NCBI GenBank assembly: GCA_965287045.1
Contig: OZ336876.1
Location: 3,410,001 to 3,474,000 of the forward strand
Direction: 5' to 3'
Length of the DNA: 64,000 bases
DNA from: Carcharhinus amblyrhynchos
Lineage: Eukaryota
The notes below the pieces were generated by a model that was not told where the DNA came from, searched no databases, and worked only from the letters and a program-made list of their open reading frames with translations. The position numbers were made by a program, and so were the translations under genes. Shown in pieces: positions 1 through 12,600 of the stretch (position 1 is the first letter of the stretch; each line of letters begins with the position of its first letter).

Positions 1-463
1 GAAACTGGCATAGCAGCAACTTTTGCAACTGAAATCGAAACTAATTCTTGCATATTATGTGGACACAATTTGAATCATCGTTTAAAATAGATGTAAACAA
101 CTTTTAGGCTTGTAAGTATAGCCAGAGGCTGAAGTTGAATTAGGAACTGAGAAGCGCTGATTCATGCTCAAGTTGAAATCCACTCTCTGCAGAGATCGTA
201 TTTTACATCTAGGTCCTGAACATTTAAGGATATTTTGTGACCACGTTTTAAATGAGATCAGTTCTGCTGCCACGACCATTATTTGTGAATCAACTGCTAT
301 CCAATTTTCTGAATAAAAACCTCCTCACTGTCACACTCCCTGTTTCACTGAAAATTACAATCTGTCAGTGGCATCAGATTTTCTTTTATTTCACTTCTCT
401 CCCGCTGCAGATCATGGAAAGAGTGTCAGATATGACGTTGGTAGTAGTGGACGCGTTCGCCCT

Positions 464-630
464 TTATGAATGCAGGAGACTGCATTTCATTTGGCACTGA
501 AATATTTTTGCCTCAGATATTTTAACTTTGAACACTTGAGTTCTCAAACCTTCTGTCCACACTTTACAAAGAGTTGGCAGCCTTAAAGCATCGGCTGACA
601 TAATGCTACCATTTCGACTACCTTTAGCTT
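464..630 (-). CDS. Candidate gene B terminal exon without TM (EAKGSRNG...QCQMKCSLLHS*)
   Basis: Pyrimidine-rich acceptor tcttctgtttgttcccacttgactcaatag, phase 1 in frame, open for 55 codons, AATAAA at 385-390 (minus). Confidence 0.35.
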
Positions 631-3600
631 CTATTGAGTCAAGTGGGAACAAACAGAAGAAATGATTTCAACTTTTGTCCATGGTGTAATGTATGAGTTG
701 TGTCAAAATATCAGACCAATGTTCACCAGATAACTTTTTCTTTCACTTGCCGATAACGATTTTTTTGGAGAGGACATTAAAATGGAGACCAACTAATGTT
801 TTGCCTATTTCACACTTTTCATGATAATTTGTCTCTTGTAATTGTGTATGGTACACCTTTGTCAACAAGTCTGAAAAACTGTGGCTTATGAAATATGGAG
901 TGTGAATGAACAACATGGTCCGGTGATTATGTTACATTATTTTATTTAGTATATCATTGGATTGAGGCACCGCTATCAAGAGCAGCATGTATTGCCCACC
1001 CGAATTGCTCTGGAAACGAAAACGTTTCAGAGAGCTTTTTTTAATGATACATATTATTGTGGCTCTTCAGTCACGATTACGCCAGGCCAAGTGAGGACAG
1101 GAATTTTTCGATTACTGGACCAAATATTTATTTTTCATGCAATAATGGGTGGGTTTAAATAATCACCATTACTGAGAATATATTTCAGTGTCTATGGCAT
1201 GGATGGGAATTATAGAGTCTGTCATGGGTGGTTTTGAACTGCTATCCCCAGAATTTAAACTTGGGTTTCTTGAAGACGATTCTCTGTCAGTACCGTGAAC
1301 GTCCATCTATCCAGAAATGCTCTATTATCATCACCATACAATGGTGTAACAGTCAGTCATCGACTGTATGAAACTCCCACATCATGCTTGTTTAAATATA
1401 ATTTGTGCAATACTTCTTAATATATAGTGTTGCTGCACGTACCCTTGACGGAAATTGATACCTCATCACTCTTCTTTTTCAATGTATAACGCCGAGAATT
1501 TGCTTCACAGTGATAGATCCCAGAGTCACTCAAGGAAGCCACAACTTCGTATTTATAGCTGGGAACGGAATTATAATTTAATTGTCTGCTGTCCTTGTAA
1601 AATGAGTATTGAAGCCGCTCATACTTCTGCCTTGTTTGCACAGCACAAATAAGTTTTAATGGCTGTCCCTCCAATATTTCATTTATTGGATCAATCTTCA
1701 GTGTTGGCTTGGAGAAGAGTTCTGCAATGACATGAATGGAATTTACACTTGGCTATTGCCATCTCTTAGTTAAATGCTTACTTGGCGCTGAGATTAAGTG
1801 CAGGGTAAAGCAAATGAATCCCAGAATATTTATTACAACATTAAGACGATTCTGATCAACCTGCTTTTCAGGCATTGCAATCTTTCTGTTCTTGAATTCA
1901 CGTACAGTGAGTTGTGCTGCCGAATGTCCATGGATAGATCAAGATTATTCTAATATTTGGCATACCATCCTTTTCATCATAGATGCAGAGATACTGCAGC
2001 TGATGTCTATCGGTCAAAGGTATGTGCAGCAAATATTGCCACTTACCTCTTTGAGCATAACCCTTTTCGGTTGTGATCCCCTAACGTATACCGAAGGTAG
2101 ATAGAATTTATGTAAAACGATTCAATGAAAATATTTCCATTTGATACGTTGAGAGAGTTAGGTCTCTTCTCCCGAGCGCGGCGGAGATTGAGACGCGACC
2201 TGATAGAGTTTTATAAGATGTTGAGAGGTACAGATAGGGTGGATTCTCGGAGGCTATTTCCCAGGGCTGAAATGGTCACTACGAGACGACACAGGTTTAA
2301 GGTGCTGGGGAGCAGGTACAGAGGAGATTTCAGGGGTAAGTTTTTCACTCAGAGGGTGGTGAGTGAGTGGAATCGGCTGCCGTCGGTGGGGCATTTTAAG
2401 AGACTTCTGGATGAGTACATAGGATTAATGGGATTGAGAGTTATAGATAGTCCTGATAAGTATGAATATGATCGTCACAACTTGTGGGCCGAAGGCCCTG
2501 TTTGTGTTGTAGTGTTCTATGTTCTATGCTCTAAGGCATGGTGATGGAAATAACTTCATTGAATCGTTTTACATGAGTTCAATCTACCTGCGGTATATGT
2601 TGGGGGATCACAACCGAAAAGGGTTATGCTCAATGAGGTAAGTGGCAATATTTGCTGCACATACCTTTGACAGATAGACATCAGCTGCAGTGCCTCTGCA
2701 TCTATGACGAAAAGGGTGGTATGCTAAATATTAGAATAACCTTACTCTATCCATGGACATTCGGCAGCACAATTCACTCTACGTGAATTCAAGAACAAAA
2801 AGATTGGAATGTCTGAAAAGCAGATTGATCAGAATCGTCATCAACATCGCTTTGATGACAGGGACAGCAAAGGATAGCCTCCGTCAAATTATTTGCAGGA
2901 GCTGAGATTAAAGACACCCCAACCAGCTATTAAAAATGACAAGAATGGAGACGGCTCACCCCACCTCCCAAAAAAACATGAAGAGGAAGCAGCACTCTGT
3001 TGAAGGGACTTGAGTGCGGTCAATTCTATTATACCGGCTTAGATGTTTTTGAGACGAGGTTAAAATCAATATGTTGTTTCGTGTGACAAAACAAAACAAT
3101 CAGAAGAAGCTTGGAATGCTGGTTTCGTAATGAAGGAGGGTGAACAGTAATAGTGAGGGTCGAAAAGGATGTGTGAATAAATCTATTTTGGGGAATTTTG
3201 GAGAAAATCATCCCGCCTTAAAATAAATATAAATGTTAGTATTTGTGACCAACACCTGACGATGTAAAGACAGAAAACTATTTTCCAATCATACAAACTT
3301 GCGCAAATTTACATCATGTATCTATATATTTCTCGGAATCCGTCCTACCTGACAAAGGAACTGCACTCTAAAACTAATGGTTTTTGCTACCAAATAAACC
3401 TGTTGAACTTTAACCTGGTGTTGTGAGACGTCTTACTGTGTTCACCCCAGTCCAACGCCGGCATCTCNNNNNNNNNNNNNNNNNNNNNNNNNNNNNNNNN
3501 NNNNNNNNNNNNNNNNNNNNNNNNNNNNNNNNNNNNNNNNNNNNNNNNNNNNNNNNNNNNNNNNNNNNNNNNNNNNNNNNNNNNNNNNNNNNNNNNNNNN

Positions 3601-6600
3601 NNNNNNNNNNNNNNNNNNNNNNNNNNNNNNNNNNNNNNNNNNNNNNNNNNNNNNNNNNNNNNNNNNNNNNNNNNNNNNNNNNNNNNNNNNNNNNNAAATG
3701 TCGGTCTGTTTGTCTCTGTTCATCAATCTATCTTTCTGACTAACTCCCTGTCGCTTTGTTTGCCTTTCTATCTGTCTATTGGGCTATGTGTCAATCTGGT
3801 TACCCGTCCATCAATCTGTCTACCTTCCTATCTGTCTATCTGTTTATCTGTTTGTCTGTCTGCCTACCTATCGATATATTTGTCTGTCTGCCCGTTAGAC
3901 TATCTGTCAGCCTATCAGGCTGTTTATCATTTGTATGCAACATATTGACTTTCAGACCAGTAAGAAAGCTTACTATTCAAGAGTGATGTCAGGGAATGAA
4001 GCTATATATGGTACCTTGAACCTGAACGTTAACACGTTCTGATTTTTTATTGTCTGCAGCACAATGGTACAATCCGCTGTCCTTTGGACTATTGACTTTA
4101 ATGTTGTACCCTTTTCCCGACTGTTCCATCTGCTCTGAAGGAATCTGTATGCCATCTTTGTAAAATGCTTCGTGTTTCTTCGATATACTTTTGTATTTAC
4201 ACTGGAGATTCAGGCTACTTCCTTCGAAAATTGGAGGCTCGCTCACCACTAATTTTACAGCTGATGATGGAAACACAATTTAGCGGTTAGAGTATTTTTT
4301 TCCCCCTTCAACAAAAGATCTGCGTTAAAATGCCCCAGCACATTTCTTACATTATTATTTCCATTCCTCGAGCTGCACATGCATTTCCAAATTCTTGCAA
4401 GATAGAACGAAATACGTGGCTCGCTGGTGATGTATTTATGCAGTTATCATCTGTAACATCATCTATGTTTATATTAATTTGTAAAAGGAATGTGGAGTTA
4501 TATTCAAATTTACAATAACGAGGAGAATGTTGAAGTCGGCCATTAGGTGAAAGGTACCCTCAAATGACAGGCACAGACTGGGCGGGCTGAATGAGTGTAT
4601 AGTATTTTCTTCGTTGAAAAAAACATAGAAAACTTGGCGGAGTGGACAGAGAGGTGCAAGTTGACATGAACTGTGGAGAAGTTTGGTGTTGTTTACTTTA
4701 GTGGTAGGGATAGAGAGAGATTAAGTGAAATAGTAGATAAAATGTATAATTTGGTGCAGTAGTTGAGGGGCCTTGGTCTTTTGTGCGTAAGTCATTAAAG
4801 GTGGAAGGGAAAGCGGGTAAAACAGTTAATAGCTTATGTTGTATCCTAGGCTGCATTAATATTTGCTTAGTGTGCATTAGCAGGAAGGTTATGCTGAACC
4901 TTCGTAAGTTAGATCTCAACAGCAATATTGCGTGTACTTCTCGGCATCAGGATGTGAACCCACTGGAGAAAATGTGGAAGTTATTTACAAGAATGGTTCC
5001 CGCGATGAGAAACTGCAGTTATGACGATGGATGGGAATGGTTGGGACTGTTTTACTTGGAGGAAAATAGCGACGAAGAGAGTTTTATTTTTCAAAATCTG
5101 GTAACAGTTGATTGGGAGAAATTGTTGCCTCACGTAAAATTGATCAGCATCGAGTGGAGACATATATAAATTGATTTTCAAAAGAAACAAATATGATACG
5201 AGAATATAAAACATATTTTCACACAGCGAGAGATTCGGGTCTGGATGCAGTGCCTGGAATTGCGATGTAGACACATTCGTTCGAGGCATTCAGGAGGACA
5301 TTCTGTTATTGCGTGAATAAGAAAAAAAGATGCAAGATGAAATGGAAAACAGCAGGGGACAGCCACTAAACCAGATGGAGAGCCATTCTGAACGTTATAG
5401 TCCCAATGGTCTCTTTTCTGCACCATAACAGTTCTGTGTTTCTGTAATTATCAGAAGGTTATAATCTTTGGCTGGTATGGACAAATGAAGTAATGCCACG
5501 TTTGGATCTATCACTGCAATTTATTCTACATGAGCAAAGGGTTCTGATTGGTTGGCTAGCCTATTCGCCATTGGTGGAAACCTGAAAATGGTAAAAAAAA
5601 AAGCCAGTGGGGACTACAGCGTCTAGCTAATTGAACATGTGGATCAGGGTTAAATATATCTGTTATGTTTGAAAGTGTAAATAAACCACAAAGGGATTTT
5701 AATTCACCATGTTAAATAATTGCTAACTTAACTTTGCCAGAAAAGAAGAATGTTTAGCAAGTGTTACCTCATAGCAGAATCATACTTATATTAGAAGTTT
5801 ACTGAATTATAAACTTTTAAGTTAGTAAAATCTGACAAAGGCAAGGAAGACATTTGAAATGGTTACAGTGTTGTGGCTCTCTCTTTCGGACTCTCTCTTG
5901 TCTCTCTCTCTGTCTCTTTCTCTAGCTCTCTCNNNNNNNNNNNNNNNNNNNNNNNNNNNNNNNNNNNNNNNNNNNNNNNNNNNNNNNNNNNNNNNNNNNN
6001 NNNNNNNNNNNNNNNNNNNNNNNNNNNNNNNNNNNNNNNNNNNNNNNNNNNNNNNNNNNNTCTGTCTCTGTCTCTGTCTCTTACACTCATTCTGTCACTC
6101 TCTCTCTCTCTCCCTCTGCCTCTCTCTCTGTCTCTCTGTTTGCCTCTCTCTTTCTCTCTCANNNNNNNNNNNNNNNNNNNNNNNNNNNNNNNNNNNNNNN
6201 NNNNNNNNNNNNNNNNNNNNNNNNNNNNNNNNNNNNNNNNNNNNNNNNNNNNNNNNNNNNNNNNNNNNNNNNNNNNNNNNNNNNNNNNNNNNNNNNNNNN
6301 NNNNNNNNNNNNNNNNNNNNNNNNNNNNNNNNNNNNNNNNNNNNNNNNNNNNNNNNNNNNNNNNNNNNNNNNNAAACGCCAGATTCGTGGAAATCGTTAC
6401 GTCAAAACAAACATTTTCTGTATTGCACAGACTGAATCTCTAACGAGAGGTGCAGCTGGGATCAAATCGCTCACTTTCCGCAAAAAAAAAGAACCGTTTG
6501 TGATTAGCTTTAAAACGTGCTTAGTTTGCTACAGACTCCATTCTGCCGAAGGATACATCGGTGCCTTTGTAGAGAGGAAGGCAAACATTTTCGAAAAGTG

Positions 6601-9600
6601 CAAAAGATGTTCTGTAAAAGAGCTAAGCTTATTTGATTAACTGCCAGCTTATACCCTTGTTTTCGGAGCAGAACACATTGATTCATTTTTTGTGTTGCGC
6701 TAACCACAACATTTCACTTCTCTTTCGATAAAGATTTGCACCTCTGGTCTAAAGAACTACATATATCGCACCGTCTGATACATTTGTTGAAAATTAGGAG
6801 GCCAGAAATGTGATGACAGCAGCAGAGTCAGAGAAAAATTCCTGGTTCAGAATATTTTCAAGACAACTAAACGGAAACAACTTAAAAGCATGCTGGATAA
6901 ACATAGATAATAATGGGGAGCAAGTGTTTTTTTGTTGATGGAAAATGGCGTATGGCTTGTTTTTTTGTTTGGATGAGGTAACAAGAACTGTGTATGCAAC
7001 TGTTGCTGTTCAGATGATGCTAAAAATAACATCATAAAACGCCAGTCAATCAATACGCTACACAACGTATATGGATAGGACACATAAATGGGAATCAAGA
7101 TGGTGTAATAAACATGAATTTCAAAAAATATGATATGATGCAGCATCTTTGGGCTGCTAAATAAATAAGAGCCCAAAGTATTGGGAATGTTAACTTACAC
7201 CAGAAAGAGGATTCGGGAATTGGTCGAAGACAAAGCGTTGAGATAAGAGGAAGATGTTTAGAATGGATGGCAGTAACTGGAGGGATGCCACAGAGATCAG
7301 TGTTCAAGCCACAATATATGAATGACTTGGCAAGGGAAATAAATGTCTGTTCATTCGTAATTGGGTGGCAGGAAAAATCGGTGTGAAGGCAAGTGCAGAG
7401 TGTGGCAGAAACTACAGAGATATGCATAAAGATCAGTTGAGTAGGCCAAAATTTGGCATACGTAATCTATTGAAGGGAAATTATGTATTACGCACTTTGG
7501 TAGGAAGTATGAAAGCTTGAAAATTATTAAAATGCAGGAAAAAAAACGCAAGAAAGATGCAGCAAAGAGCAGTTTAGCATTTCTTGTGCGTAAGCCACAA
7601 AAAAAGTGAACATGCACTTTCAGTGGGTAATAGAGAAAGTAACTGAAATGTCGACCTACAGTTCAAAAGTGAAGACAAAAAAAGGGTAGCGTTGCATTTC
7701 ATTATCGTTTCATCTTAGCACCGTGTTCTCATGCCCAGCAGGCGTTCCTAGGCCTGCTGGATTTTCCACTGAAACCCAAAGCAAACTCGAAGAATAACGC
7801 CTCATTTTCTGATTCGGCTCGTTAGAGGCATCTGTACTCACCACTGAGATCAACAACTCTGATAAGTACCCCCAACCCCACCCCCACCCCCCCTCCCGCA
7901 CCTCATTCCATTTAAAATAACTGCTCCGCCTACCCCCATTTGTAGACAATGTAGTTTGCTATTGATTATTTTTCAGCTCGCTGGCCTGTTCCAACTCCAG
8001 CCCGCTCCACCCCTCATGAACATATAACCCTTGCAATTCAAAAGCTTCCATAAACATATTTTGCTCTATCCCTTTTGCCACTATTAGCTATCTTATTTTC
8101 CCAATGGCACCATTAATCATTCCCTTTACCTTGCCACCATGCGGTGGCGCTGATGCCTTTCATTGTTAGCGACCTGTGTTTAATTCCCACCTCTGGTGAT
8201 TGACTCTGTGCAGTTTGCATATGTCCCCTTGTCTGCGTGGGCTTCCTCTGAGTGCGCGGGTTTCCGCCCACACTCCAAAGATGGGCAGGAAAGCATTTCC
8301 TCATGACACCAGTCAACTATTTTGGAACTGTATTCATTCCTATTTTGCAAAATAAGAGGTGAACCTATTGAGACATGTTGTACTCTCGGACAGTTTGAAG
8401 CAGTAGACGCCGAGAGATTGTTTTCCCTTTGTGAAAGTCTATAATCCCAGAGTGAATTTTCGTTTGTATGAGAAAGAAATGAGGTAGAAATGCTTCTCCT
8501 TGGGGGAGTGGGGGGGGGGGGAGGGAGTTGGTCAAGGAAAATATAAACTATCAGGTTTGAAAAACAAGGCAGCAATGGGATATGTAGGGTAGGCGGGGTA
8601 TGGATGGTATCGTGGCAATCTGATTGGGATTTATTGAGAATGTTGGGGATTATCCTCTCCCAATAATACAAACAATGTAGGAACATTTCATGGGTATCCT
8701 CTGGTGCTCGGTCGTTATCCCATTGTCCAAAGATGTGCAAATTAGGACGGTTGTCCATGCTAAATTGCCCTGTAGTGACCTAAGATGTATAGGTTAGATT
8801 GATTAGCTGTGGGAAAAGTGTGGGTTTGCGTGCATAAAGTGGAGGGGAGGGCCTTTGAAGGAACCTCTGTCAGGGAGTCGGTGCAGACTCGATGGATTGA
8901 ATTTCATCACCTGTCCTGTAGGAATCCTGTGACCAAGGAATTGTCCAATTTGGGCCTCAGAACTTTTCATTCGTGGTATAAATTCTTATCTAATCTTTCT
9001 TTGCCTACATCTCCGCATTAATCCCAGTCAAGTATCCGTCATGCCGCCCCCTCCACCAACATACCCATTCGCTTCCGTGAATAGTTTCAGTGACAGAGTT
9101 TCTGCTCAGAATGCCAAAAACAAATTACTATCTGAGATAAGACTTGCTGTGCCCTCTCTGTATGGGACGAGAAGGCATAACTTTTAAATCTAATCCCCCT
9201 GTTTCTAAATAAATAAAAGGTCCTCTGAGCATTTAATTGACTAAGTTGTCTTAGCTTTGTGTCAACCCTGTATTTTGAATTCGTAATCTTGCTCAATTTA
9301 AATCAAAGCATATAGAATAAAAGAACACCTACGGTGCAGAAAGAGGTCATTCGGCCCAACAAGTCTGCACAGACTCCCTGACAGTAAGTCCCACCGAGGC
9401 CCTTTTCCCAGAACTCCGCATATTTACCGCACTAATCTCCCTGACCTACACATATTGGGACAATAAGGGATAATTTTCGATGGCTAATCCAGCTAATCTG
9501 CACATTTCCTACCACACTGTGGGAGGAAACAGGAGCGCCCTGAGGAAACCCACACAGACACAGGTAGAAGGGCAAACATTACAGTCACACAAGCTGTAAT

Positions 9601-12600
9601 CTGGCGCGGTGAAGCAGCCATTGTGCCACTGTGATATCTACTTCTTTCCTTCCAAATAAAGCGGACAGACTTTCATTTGCACATATTATTAGTTAGCTTA
9701 CATTTTGGCTCCATCTACTTAACCTATCCAAATCTCATTGTGGGCACACTGTGTGCTTCCCATAATTTTCCATCCTACTTTTTTTTGCATCATCAAACTT
9801 TGAGATTGTACATGTGGCCCATTCTTTCAGATCAACAGATGGAGAATTTAAATTGCAAATAAATAAGCTTCTGACACGGATCTTACTGGGCCCATATTAG
9901 TCAGAATATCAACTTGAAAAAGAGTTTTTATCTTTTTTGGTTCATGTTAATTACTGCATCCTCTATCCTTGCTAATGTGGAACATCGAACATCAATAATT
10001 TATCTGGGAAGGTATTATGTGGTATCCATTTCATTTGGAAATTCAGATTCCCTGCAAATAATGAGTCCTCTTTATCAAATATGTTTCTACCGTTTCCAAA
10101 GAAGTCTAATAAAATTGTCAAGCGTGATCAAACCTTCTGAAAAACTAAGTTCATTCTGCATTATGATTCTCTAAATATTCCACGAACGCTTCAAAAAAGA
10201 ATCCCACAATTTTCCCAACCAGGCTTGTCGGAATAACTGGTCGAAAGGTTCATATATTTTGCCTTCATTTGTTCTTGAGTGCCAATCCGCTACTAACATT
10301 CAATAACCCAAGGAGTGTTGAAGGATCATTATTAATGCAACAGCTAACTTCCACCATATGTTACAGAGTTTGAATGTCTATGGTTGTCAGTCAACGTGTT
10401 CAAGCGCCATGGAAGGCGTCAGTCTAGATTTAACCAAGAAATTGTTTCTCTAATTAAAGTAATTGTTTTTTTTTTGCGCCCGCACTTTTCCACGTGATCT
10501 TCTATTTCTGTTAGTCTTGCAATAATTGTTGTGAAGGTTGATCCAAAATATTTGTTTAATATTGCTGTTGTTTCCAAATTTAACACGTAATTATTTATTT
10601 CACTTGGATCACCTCACGGAATGTGGCATTCTCTGTCAATTTGTTCTACGTTCCTAATTGTTCCTGAACTGATTGACCTGTAAGGCAATTTCAGAGGGCA
10701 GTGCAGAGACAATAATATTGCTGTGTATGCTGAGCTAGGTAAGGATGCCAGATTTCCTGACATCCTTACCTAGTGACATAACGGTTTGATTTTCTTTTGA
10801 TGTGTTCATGCTGATTTTTGATATTTAATTTATGTTTACACCTAGCTTACAGGGAGGACGTAATTTCCCTGGAGACAGGGCAGATGAAGTTTACACGATT
10901 TTTTTTCACCTCTACAAAGCGCAGCTATGACGAAAATGTTGGTTGGGTATTTTGTTTTATTTGGAACAAAGAGTGCAAAATTATGCTTGGAAGAGACAGA
11001 GTGGAAAGGAGAAGCTTGTTTCCTTTGGTGAGGATTCAAGAACCAGGCGACATAAATTTAAGATAAGTGGCGGGAGAGTGCACATGAGAAGTACATTTAA
11101 CACAAATTATGCTGGATGTCTGGAATTCGCTGCCAGAGTTGGTGGTGGAGGCAAAGATCCGAGACCCGTTTTTAAATAGTACCTGGATCTGCACCTTACG
11201 TGTTGTAAGATACAGGGCTATTGACCGAATGCTAGAAGATGGGCACCTGGGTGTCCTTTGTCTGACATGGACAAGATAGGCCGAATAGCATCCTTCTGTG
11301 TTGTACCTTTCCTATGGTTCTGCTATTCTTCGTTAGTGTTCATTGTTCGTTTCCTGTTCCAGATTTAATTTTATTTAATCTCATTTTACATAGAGGAAAC
11401 ATTCATCATAGATTCCAAAAGCTTGCAGGTTGTTCCCCAGGTAACATTGAAGGCCATGAGGAAATTTGATAGAGAGGTTTTACTTGTTTTGTGGCAAACT
11501 GTTTCCAATGGCCTAAGAGCCCAAAGCAAAATACCACTAATATAACACGATTGACAAAGACACAGAGACTACATGGGAAATGGACAAACTGGTTGGCTCG
11601 ATTTCCTACCCCAAAGCAAAACTATAAAATATGTTTCTTTTCATCCAACAACGACAATAAAAACGGTAACCACCATTATTGCAACTGGCCTGCAACTCCA
11701 GTTTACATTGGATAATTTGAAATTTCATCAAATGTTACACTGGTGCTTGAACTCCGGTCACCAGAGCATCCGTCCACTGCTAACACCTCTACACCATCTC
11801 TGCGGAAATTTGAGAATATCAAACTGCAATGGAGACATGTTGAATTGAGCTTCTCTCTTTTTTTTCAAGTATCCTGATAAGCAATGTTTTTTTTTGTTGT
11901 TGCTTCAGTTAATTATACTCCCGTATTCTAATTTCCACTTTATATTCTACCATATGCGGAATACGATTTTGATGTTCTTCTTATTTTCAACAATGAATTG
12001 GATAAATCGTCGAGAGAGAAGAAAGTAAATGAAGGCGGGGGGGCGGGGGGGGGGGGGAGAGAGAGTGGGGGTGGCAATAAGAAGTTAACGTATTGAATTT
12101 TAAACATGTCCTTACTAATACAGGGTGGTCAATTGTGCTTGAAAACCTGTGGTATCTTTTTGATTATTCTTTTCTAATTTAGTTATCTAGATGCACCAAA
12201 GCTTTTGATCAGCATATGGAAAATTGAAGACGTGATTTGAAATAAGTAATTTATTTTCTCTTCTGGTCACCCAAGGACCTTCAACTAGTCTGCAAAATTA
12301 AAGCTCGTGGGATTGCAGGTGATATATTTGCATTGTTCCAAAATTGGTTAGCAAGTAGTAACCAGAAATTAGGAATACGTCGTCTTTTTTGAAGTGGCAG
12401 GCAGCAAATAGTGAGCGCCTACTCGGATTGTGGCAAGGCAAATGACATGTTACCCACCATTGCAAGATGATTTGAGTGCCGGAGCAAGGATGTTTACCAA
12501 GGCTGTGTGAAACCACGACTGGAGTATTGCGCAGTTTTGGTGTCTTTTCCGACATGTCAAAGAGGGTAGTTCCATGAGAATAATTCATGAAATGGTGGCA

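Noticed and set aside
3756-3986. LSVCLSIY-rich ORFs
   Set aside because: TCTG/TCTA microsatellite translation.
5859-6640. Long ORFs (194-255 aa) in the ORF track
   Set aside because: Artefacts of (TC)n microsatellite plus N gaps.
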